DNA of 64,000 nucleotides from Paramecium tetraurelia (Eukaryota), in the NCBI GenBank assembly GCA_000165425.1, contig CT868663.1, positions 248,001 to 312,000 on the forward strand. Direction: 5' to 3'. The position numbers were made by a program, and so were the translations under genes. Below are positions 54,006-64,000 of this stretch, one piece after another. How positions within the stretch are numbered: the stretch's first letter is position 1; each line of letters opens with the position of its first letter. The notes under the pieces are model-generated. The model did no database searches, was not told the DNA's origin, and worked only from the letters and a program-made list of their open reading frames with translations.

Positions 54006-55200
54006 ATGCAACAACTATTAAATTGTCTTATTGATAAAGATATGATTCTTCAAAGCGATGGCACTCTATACATTGGATCTTTTTACCAATAACACTTGGA
54101 GGGCTATAGTTTGGTAATCAATCCAGATGGATGTAATATTGTTATAAATTAATAGCATATTATTATGGTTTATTTAAGAAATCAAAACCAAAAGATGTAG
54201 GTCTATATAAATTGAAAAACTCTTGTCTTAAGATATTTTGGGGAGAGGATGACTCAATTAAAAAGGTTGAAGACATTGAAAATATAGGCTTTTTGCAAAA
54301 AATTATAACTTTTAAGAATAATTGTTATGGTAATAAAATACTCATCAAAATTAATCCTTTGACTTATGGTGTTGCTAAAAACTAAAAGTGTGATGGATTT
54401 ACAGTCATGCATTATAAAAATGGAGATATTTATTATGGCAACATCAACAAAGGAAAATAGAATGATGAAGGCATTCATTATAATAATTACTTTTAGGAAT
54501 GGTATTGGAATAAGTATGCCAACGGAAAATTAATATCTCATCAACTCTACGGAAAGAATCTTGTACTATTTATCAAAAGAAATCTAAAATTATATATGTG
54601 AAATTCAAAGGAAAAAATTGAAAAATATAATACCAAGAGAATTGATTAGTACTAATATAGAATAATTAATTAGGCAAACTCTTTAATAAATTAAACTTTA
54701 GATCTACTCAAATAAACATGGTGTCTCTCTCTAATATACAATAATTAATAATAAATTAATTGTTACTCAATAATTAATAAAATCATTTATCTTTTGCATC
54801 AACTGTTCAAAGCGCCCATCCCACTCATAGGGAAATTCTCTCTTAAATTTTAATTGATGATGAAGATACTAATAATGAAGAATTAGAAATTTTGCAAGAT
54901 TCAAAAATTGAATAAATTGATTAAGAATTACATATCTACAATTAAAACTCATAAAATGATGAAATAGAAGCTAAGTTATCAAAATGTTAAACAGATAAAG
55001 CATTGTTAAAAATTGAGAAATAATAGAGACTTAATAATTTTTTGACATAGCCTTCTCCATCAATGTCTCCAAAGGACAATATATAATAAAAAACGACTTC
55101 AAGTTCAATGTATTCGACAACAAAAACGACGATATATAAACGATCTGTTTCACCTATTTTTACAACAGTTCGTCACTTGTTTTCAGTAATCAGAATTTGA
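54006..55200 (+). CDS. Degenerate MORN-repeat protein; 3' half has unresolved frame breaks
   Basis: DGTLYIGSF, PDGSYYYGLF and KNGDIYYGNI; the first frame stops at 54599-54601 while coding-like sequence continues in another frame. Confidence 0.5.
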
Positions 55201-55235
55201 TTTTATGATATTTATTAAAAATATTTAATTAAATA

Positions 55236-55536
<301 letters not shown>

Positions 55537-55557
55537 GATATAAAAATTTAAATTATT

Positions 55558-56430
55558 ATGGAAGATAATTAATGTTTAGCTTCTCTCTTTGCTGACCTCT
55601 TATAAATAGTCAAGCCCTAATCAGCTGACGTGTAACAGTTTAAGGAAGTCTCTAATGAAAGATTAAGAAAATGTATCCTTGAATTAGTTCGAGAACTCAC
55701 AACTCTTGTGTAGAATCTCAAGGAGCAGTTAGAAGAATTCATTGACAATAAATATGAACAAGAGATCCAAAGACTTGAAAATACCATTCGATAACATATA
55801 AGAGTAGAATAACAATAACGATTACATATCGAAGCACTCACTTAAAAACTAGAGGAGGAATAGCAGAAATCTGATGCAGAAATTAAAAATTAAAATGAAA
55901 AAATTAAGCAATTAGAAAATATGTGTTCGTAAATATCAATAAATAAAGTCTAAAATCTCAATTAAACTAATTTTATTATAGATCCTAATAAGAAATCCCC
56001 AACGGCCTATGATAGATTGAATTAATTAGTAAGTGCAAAAACAAAATAATATACTCAATCAGCAGCCACTATCAATTCATAACAGTTATTAAAAATTTAT
56101 TCAAATCCACAACAATTACTTAAAAAAATGCAAGATTAGAAAAATATTGAATAGATGAATATCAGAGTAGATACACAATAATCTGAGAAGGAACAAAGTC
56201 TCTTAAAACTAAGAAGATGTGCAGAAGACAACAAAAGTGAAATGTTTCAATCTTAGAGAGTAGAATCTTCTAGTTTGGAAAAGTATAACAGAAATTCGAA
56301 ATTGATGAGAAACTCAACAAGACAATCATAAATATTGGGAAATAGCTTTGATCTTGTTTCGAAGACAATGTAGCATTACAAGAAATAGCAGAAAAGTTTA
56401 AGTACTTTAAGATAATCATGGAAGAAATGA
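55558..56430 (+). CDS. Hypothetical coiled-coil protein
   Basis: YEQEIQRLENTIRQHIRVEQQQRLHIEAL heptad region; TGA at 56428-56430. Confidence 0.7.
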
Positions 56431-56468
56431 TTATCATCTCCTTTTTATTACAATATTAAAATTATAAC

Positions 56469-57753
56469 ATGGAGTCAATTTGTTTGCTCTTCTTGTTTAC
56501 TTAATTTCCCAGAAGAACCTACTTATAAGGATCACTACAAAACCGATTTTCACAGATACAACATCGCTAGAAAAATGATTAACTTGGCCCCAGTCTCATA
56601 TGAAGCTTATAAAGAAAGTAATCAATTAAATCATCTATTAGAATTTGATAAAATCTCAGAGTAGAAGATCATAACTCCTATTCAATCTTAAACTTTTAAA
56701 TGTTGTAATAAAGAATTCAAATCAAGTAAAACATATTAAGCACATCTGGTTTCTAAAAGCCATTAATAAAATTAATTAAAATCTCCTATCACAACCAATA
56801 GAAGTTAAACAGGAAATTCCTTATTAAATAGTAATGTATGCTTATTTTGTGATGAATTATGCGATGATCTTGAAGAGTGTTTAAAACATATGAATAATCA
56901 TGGATTTTTAATTCGTGAATAAAAGCACTGCATAAATGTTGAGGGATTGCTAAAAGCATTATCAGAACAAATAAATAAAAAATAACACTTGTTTACATTG
57001 TTTCTAAACATTCAAAAATAGTCATGCTGCGAAAGATCATATGTTAGACAAAGGACATTGTTTTATGCCTCAATAGGAATATAAGCTCTTATCAAAATAT
57101 TACAATTTTGAAGAAAAACTATTAGGAATATTGGCAGAGCAAAAGGAATAACAATTATAAATTGAAGCAAAAAAACAACAATTGCAATTGAAATAAGAGT
57201 AAAAAGAGGATGAAAAAGATAAAAAAATTGAAAATTAACCTGAAGATGAGGGAGAGTGGGAAGATGATGAAGATGAAGATATTGATATTGATTCTGATGA
57301 TGAAGAAGAGGATTTGAAATAAAAATAAAAAGATGATTTATAAACTGATGAAGAATTAAGATAAAAGAGATTAAAATAATTACTAAAATAAATTAGTAAA
57401 CACAAAGCTACGTTAACAAAAACTGGGGAATTATTGTTACCAGATGGAAAATTGTAATCATATTTAATATAAACTTAGATTGGGCCACAGAGATTATAGA
57501 AAGTATTATAAATAGAATCATATTCCTTTTAAAGTTTCAGAAACTGAAAAAGTAGAGGAATGTAAATTATTTATTAATCTATTTAGTGGACATTGCTGAT
57601 GAGAAATAATTAGCATTATTAAGTGATGAACTTATTGTCGGCCATTTGAGACATTTTTATTATCAAAAGACTAGAACTTTGGCACATGGGCAAACAAAAA
57701 TCGGATAAAGAAACAACTTAATTTAAATGAGATGGTTAAGAAAATCTTGTTGA
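56469..57753 (+). CDS. Rei1/Reh1/ZNF622-family pre-60S C2H2 zinc-finger protein, with two +1 frame breaks as sequenced
   Basis: FVCSSC...HYKTDFHRYNIARK, CLFC..CLKHM..HGF, CLHC...DHMLDKGHC and ELLLPDGKLLGHRDYRKYYKQ; extra G after the ATG and an extra A near 56980. Confidence 0.85.
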
Positions 57754-57941
57754 TTAGTGTAAATTAAATGTAATATTAATTTACTATTATTTTTTAAATT
57801 CTTATGAAATAAACTTGAATTTATAATAGTTTAGAATAATGAAAGATATGCTATTTTAAGTTAAGGATATTATTGTATAATGAGTGATTAAAAGTTAATG
57901 AAATTAAAAAATTATATTTACTATATTAATTGACTATTTAG

Positions 57942-59944
57942 TCATTTGCTATTTTGCAATTTGACATTATCTTATTATTATTCCAACTTTAAAAATCTTG
58001 TAGGAGGTATTTTTAATTCATGATTAATCTAATTTAATTATCATGAGATACTTATAAATATTAATTGAGTAGATTTTTTAATTCTTCATTATGATTATGA
58101 ATTTATCCTGTTTCTTCTACTAATTTAGATCTTTTCAGAAGTAATTCATAATATTTGCTCAATTATTTATCTAGAATCCTCCAAACTCTAAATGTTTTTT
58201 CAGGTAGAACTTGAGTTAATTTTTCCCAATACTTTTTGCCTTCCTTAGCAATTCTTTCCTTTTTTTATCTTTCTGTTTCTTATTTGGCTGCTCTTCTTGA
58301 AGACATTTTCTCAATTTGTTTCTTTCTCTATTCATTAGTTTTCATCCAATGCATCAAAAAGTTAATTATGCTGTTTTGGTTTATAATGAAAGTATCATAA
58401 TTAATTTTAGGAGCCTCATCTGGAACAGTTTAAGGTTATTCAATTTATACTTTTTTAATAGCCTCAGTGACAGCTTCCTGTTGAGGTTGTTCTTCTTAAA
58501 CCTTTAATTCACAATTTTTAATTAATTCGTCAATGAAAATAAGCATTTCATCAATTGAATCAATATTGAGACATTTCTTTATGACTCCCAATTTAACATT
58601 TGAAATCTCTTATTATTCTGCTTTTTCTAAAGTTTCCCTCATTTTATCATCAATCAAGAAATCGACTTCCTCAATTAATATTTCAACTATTTCTTATAAT
58701 TTTTCTTCGCTTAAAGGCAGTTGAACTTCTTCTTCAGCCATAATTTGTGACTTTTCTATTAATTAAACAATAAAATACCTTCAGTCTCTTTTTAATCTTA
58801 TGGCTCTTCCCAATCCACACCTAATTATTAAATATGAATAGTTTTGTCACATTTAAGAATTTTTGCTTTTAATTTTCTTACTTCTAATTCGTTCATGGAA
58901 TGAATATCAGCATAAGCTTTTTAATCAGCCTTATCAAAATGTTTAAACTTTCTCTATAACTCTTTAAACTATCTTGTAATACGCTTGTATTCCTAAGTTA
59001 ATTCTTTATTTGTTTATTTAAATTTAGTATCAAATTCATTATAGTCTTTTATTAGACTTCTCAATCTATTATTTAAATTTTAGTCTTTTCTTTTGAGATC
59101 ATCATGAGTATGTGTATGCGATATTTATTTTTCCTTTAAAACTTTAAGATTATAGTCTAACTTTTCAGTATTCAATTGATAAAGTGCTTTCATATCCTCA
59201 TAACACTTTTCCAAATTTTAGATTTCTGTTTCCATTGAGATTTTGAGTTCAGCATAGGATTTCAATCCTTAGATTCTTAACTTTTCAATGTCTTTAGTAT
59301 ATTCTTCCTCTTTTCTTTCTCTCTCATCAACAAATGATTTTTCCTTTTCAGTTCTTTTGTCAAATAAATTTCTAATTTCAGTTTAATAATTATTCAATAA
59401 ATTGGCTCTCTAATTTGATTATTATATATTATTATACTTCTTCTATGTATTCATTTTCAATAGATTCAAGATCTTCATGTATGCATTCTCTTAATTAAAA
59501 AAATTGAGATCTCATTTTCTAAATTAATGTTTGAATATCAATGGCTTACTCTTTAATCATTTTACCAAAATCATCATCTTTCTTATTCAACTCATCTAGA
59601 AATTGTTTAATTAATTCATCTTTTGCATGCATAATCTATGCAAATTTATCTTTCTATTGATTTATCAATTTATTAAGTTCTTCGCATTCATCTTTCTCTT
59701 ATAGATTACACCATTCTTGTTCCAATTCAGCATTTTTAGAATTGGCTTTTTTGCTTTCATCTTCTATTTTATTTGCCCTTTCAGCCCTTTTGAATTCTTC
59801 TTGTGCTCTTGTTTCCTTTTATTTTTGATCATTTTTCTATTTGATTGTATATAATTCCTCTTTTTTTGTACGAATCAACATGTCAATATTGCCTCGACTC
59901 TTTTAAACTTACTCTGATCCCTTTGCTTATTTTTTAGAATCCAT
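57942..59944 (-). CDS. DRC1: Nexin-dynein regulatory complex subunit DRC1 (CCDC164)-like protein
   Basis: KDELIKQFLDELNKKDDDFGKMIKEQAIDIQTLIQKM, MKALYQLNTEKLDYNLKVLKE and YWEKLTQVLPEKTFRVWRILD...NEELKNLLNQYL...IPPT. Confidence 0.85.
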
Positions 59945-59972
59945 CAGTTATATAAATATATTTATATTAATG

Positions 59973-62270
59973 TCAATTAGATAAAAAATCAATTAAGTAT
60001 TTCTTAGCTTTCTCCTTGTTTTACATTTCTGCTTTTGACTCTCTTATATCCTTTCTGGATTTTTAGCAAAGATTGGTCTTTATGATGGATCTCTTTTAAG
60101 ACAATCCTTTGCTATAATTGCCAAAATAGGTGGATTACTGGATTGAGGAATCTCAACCTAAGTATGGCCCCTTCCAACAGTTCCCAGAATTTATGTAACA
60201 GAAAGATTTTCATAAGGCATTTTACCAGTAATAATTTCCCATAGAATCAAACCAAATGAATACACATCAGATTTCTCAGTATAAGGTTCTCCTCTCATGA
60301 TTTCAGGGGCCATCCAATGGGGTGTTCCAATCATAATTTTAGTTTTCTTGCTCTTAATTTTTGAAAGTCCAAAATCACATAATTTTACATTCCAATTTGA
60401 ATCGATCAACACATTGGATGATTTCAAATCACAATGCATTATTTTTCTGCCATGAAGATTATTCATTCCTAAAGTAATGTCTTCAATTATTTAAATAAAG
60501 TTAAGATTCTTAGTTTTCCTTTATGAATGTGATCATACAAACTCCCATTTTCCATATATCTAAAATTTATATCTTTACTTACTCAGTAATTAAGTAAAAA
60601 TTATCTTGCTTGATACAAACACCCATATATAGAACTATATTAGGATGTCTCAAATTAGAGATGACTTAAACTTCTTTAAGAAAATCAGCCATTAATTGTT
60701 TATGCATTTATTAATCTTTCCTTTGGCAATAAGATTTAATTGCCACTCCTTAGCCAAGCCAATTTCCTTTAAAAACAATTCCATAACTCCCCTTTCCAAT
60801 CTATGGTCCTTGTTTGATTTCTTTATAATTAATCAGCAACTTCTCATTAATTCCTAAGTTCTTCAATAAGCTCATTAGTATCTCCTAATGCTTCTAATAT
60901 AAATTCTTCTCTTTGAACATGTTATGTTTTTTGGGTGAATTAGATTGACTAGATTCCAATTACTAATCCTTTGATTCATTAGAACAGCATGAGCTCACAT
61001 CTGAAAATTCTGAACCAGTAGCATTATTAATATTATAATTGCTTACTACCTTATTAGATTCTACATTTAAATTCGATCCCTAATTTCCTTATTTTGGCGA
61101 GAAATTTGCAGTCTCTTATTGTTAGTCCTGTTTATCAGGTGGTATCAATTTATCTTCAGAACCTCCAGATGATCGTTTATTTTTTGATTTCTTTTATTTT
61201 AGAACTTCCATCCCTGGACTTTCCAATACTACAGGTTCAATCTTTTGGATTATAGAATAAAGTTAATCATATTTGATGATTGATCACCTGAGTTTTCACT
61301 ATCAGCCCTGTGGATTGACCCTTCCATTTTTTTGATATAATATTTCTTATGTATATTTATTTGCTAAGTATGAGATTTCTATGTGCTGAGATGTCAATGC
61401 CCAATTCATCTTTTAATTCAACATCTGTTAGATCATGTAAAATCTCTCCTATCATGTGATTTTTAATAAACTTCTCTTAGTATTGAGATAATCCTAAATA
61501 ATCTAACCAAGTACAAACCTCATCTATATTCCATTCCTACACTATTAAATTAAAATATAATATAAAATTTATATACTTTTCTTTTTTCCTTTCAGAGTAA
61601 CTATCTCATTCAATGCTGATAAGGTTTCCTGCTAAATCTAGTGAGTTTCATTTAGTTTATTATTGGGTAATGATTGAAGATATAATTTATTATTATCTAT
61701 CACTAAAAACGCAGAAAACACATTTTCAAAATCGCAAGGAACTTAATCAACTGTATTTTACTCTTTTAATTTATCATTATCATATAATTAATAACTCAGC
61801 TATCTCGTGATTGCATTGTAAAAATATCCAGAACCCTGCTTCTTATTGTCTTGGAATTCACCTACATAGTTACTTATATAGAATTACCTGAGTAAATTGA
61901 GTTATCTGCATAATAGATTGTACCTTGTCCATGTTTACAATTGTTGAGCCAGTTTCCTACATATCTATCGCCATAAAGTCCGAAATGTTGTCCATATCCA
62001 TTTTTCTTGTTACGCTACCATTAACCAATGTACAATTCTCCACTACTGTAAAAATATTTTCCAGTTCCATGTTTTTGATTGGAATGCCATTCCCCTTCAT
62101 ATCGATTACCATTAGCAAACTTATAAACTCCTTTGCCATGCTTCGTGTTGTCTTTCATCTCCCCTTTACAAATTAATAATTGCAAATACAAGATATTCAT
62201 CCTTATTTGAGTAAACAATATGATGTTCATTATTATTTGCTTGTCTTTTAAAATAACCAAACAATCTCAT
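59973..62270 (-). CDS. MORN-repeat + SAM + tyrosine-kinase-like (TKL) kinase, disrupted by several indels (pseudogene or assembly error)
   Basis: MORN YEGEWHSNQKHGTGKY (61800-62180), SAM WNIDEVCTWLDYLGLSQYQEKF (61380-61540), kinase IGKGSYGIV, HCDLKSSNVL, CDFGLS and GTPHWMAPE; 1-nt deletion near 60520. Confidence 0.8.
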
Positions 62271-62558
62271 TTCTTAATATATAATCATCATCAATCTTCT
62301 AGTATGAATTCATATATAAATATTCACTCATATATCTTTTTATACAAATTTATTTCTAATATCTCTCATTATTATTAAATAAGTTTAAATTGCATCGTAT
62401 ATTTTTATTGAATCCTCCCTAAAACCATATTCTACTCAAGTATTCTACTTCATTGAATTCTAAAAAAAAACTCAAATTGATATATTATATCATTTGTAAC
62501 ATTGAACTTCTAATCTTTAATTTTCATTTTATTAAAATATTTAACAAATATATTAAGC

Positions 62559-63261
62559 ATGAATAATATTAAAGAACTGAATCAATTTATGCTAGATTAT
62601 GAACTCAAACCTTCACAAAAACTAATCAAATACCTTGTAATCATTGGAATTTCAGCTATGAAAAGCAAAACCTAAGACATTTCCATTGAAACCATAAAAC
62701 TAATTGCAAGTTATAATTTCAAATTTTCAATATTGTTTAGGTTCTTGTAAACAACAAAAACTACGAGATGGGATGGCAGAACTCAAAGAAAAAGTCAATA
62801 ATATTTAATAATCTTTATCACCAAAAAGCTCAAACTTAAAATTTTCTGAAAATAAATCAATTTCGAAATACAAAGATCAATTAATGGAATCACAATTTTC
62901 ACCTATTCTTAAGAGAAAGGATGATGCATAGAATAGAACTAAAAAGAATCAAATAAAATAAGATATTGATTGCAATCTTAAATCTTTGAATTAGGATAAA
63001 AAAGAAAACAACCCACTAAACAATCAATTTTAAAACTAATCCAAATTAAATTAACAAACTTAATAATCCAGCGATTATTTTATTTAAAAAAAGGTTAGCC
63101 TTGAACAAATCGCAAATCATTTTCTTAGTTCCCCATTGGTAAAGAATCCAATGTCAGCCAGGAATATTGCATAACAAGAAAGTGAACTTAAATGTAATTA
63201 TTCATTATTATTATTTAATAGTTTTTTTTAGAATTCATGGAAATTGATTGAGATTTTGTGA
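62559..63261 (+). CDS. Hypothetical protein
   Basis: MNNIKELNQFMLDY...; one clear intron near 62710-62740; 3' frame uncertain. Confidence 0.5.
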
Positions 63262-64000
63262 TTTAACATATTATTTATATGCCCTGAGTAATATTCTATT
63301 TTCCAAACGTTCTGTTATAGTAATATCAATATATAATAATAATTGATTAACGTATAAACTAATTTTCTTTTCATTAAGCACATTCTATTTTATGTAATTA
63401 AATAATTCCGATTTTAAAAAAAATTCCTTTTACAGAGACATATTTTATAGTATATAAAGGATTTTCTTCCAAGTGATCTTCAAACAAAATATACTATTTT
63501 AACATTAAAATAATAGCTTTAATTTAATAACATATTCTATCATAAGACAATCATTAGAAAAATTAAAGTTTGATATCTAAACCTAAGTATTTAAGACTTT
63601 AGTATTAAATAATATAAAAGAGAGAATTGTTTAAAATTTGCCTTTTTGTAAGAAATTAAAATAATGAACTTGTTTTTTAAAACAATCTCAATCTAAAATA
63701 TTAAATTGAATATTAGTATTTACTCTAGATATATGGTATAATCTACAAAATGCACTAACTTTGATATATAGGTTGGTATTCATAACTTTAATATAATTAA
63801 ATTAAATTTTAATATTCAAATATTATGTAGAATCCTAAAGCTCAAGAAATAAAATAACAAAGTTGTTTTGATTATATTTTTGATTCGTGGATTTAAGTGA
63901 AGGAATAACCGAAAATTAAATATTCTTAATAAACATAACTAACTGTGTTGAGTCAAAGATAGAAAAAATTTAAATGCACCAATAAGTTAAACTAGAATAA

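Noticed and set aside
56428..56475. Stop-codon readthrough from the coiled-coil gene into Rei1 (its TGA is in frame with the Rei1 zinc-finger frame)
   Set aside because: A one-in-three coincidence; removing a single G after ATG 56469 restores a normal MSQFVC start.
57942..60120. Apparent in-frame fusion of the TKL kinase C-terminus into DRC1 (no TGA before ATG 59944)
   Set aside because: A neighbouring frame gives a natural ending KAKKYLIDFLSN-TGA (59973), the linker is AT-rich intergenic-like sequence and the kinase has other indels. One more indel explains it better.

Overview
Gene-dense, very AT-rich eukaryotic DNA that reads as a Paramecium (oligohymenophorean ciliate) macronuclear-type chromosome segment; the species cannot be fixed from the sequence alone. 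Conserved proteins (RPS9, LC8, UFM1, adenylate kinase, kinases) only translate if TAA/TAG = Gln with TGA as the sole stop, and they are interrupted by about 21-31 nt GT...AG introns. The supplied standard-code ORF track is therefore fragmentary and largely spurious, so all genes below were retranslated by hand with the ciliate code. About 34 genes or gene relics are visible. They include a Cys-rich surface antigen, an AGC kinase, a bacterial-like RsmB methyltransferase, RPS9, a divergent sestrin-like gene, a Kelch phosphatase (PPKL), a two-TM channel-like protein, a Skp1-like gene and UFM1 head-to-head with a YY1-like zinc-finger gene. Further on are adenylate kinase, a giant Cys-rich multi-TM protein, two adjacent pseudogenes (DUF922 and a Cav/Nav channel), a CRC-domain protein, epiplasmin, an FHA protein, LC8, Rei1/ZNF622, DRC1 and a MORN-SAM-TKL kinase. 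The most interesting items are the YY1-like protein with a REPO/2W-hairpin motif, the sestrin-like gene, the RsmB gene, the internally deleted channel relic and a cluster of single-base frameshifts at 54-62 kb. I saw no tRNA, rRNA, CRISPR array, transposon or telomere. Family assignments come from recalled motifs; no database searches were run.
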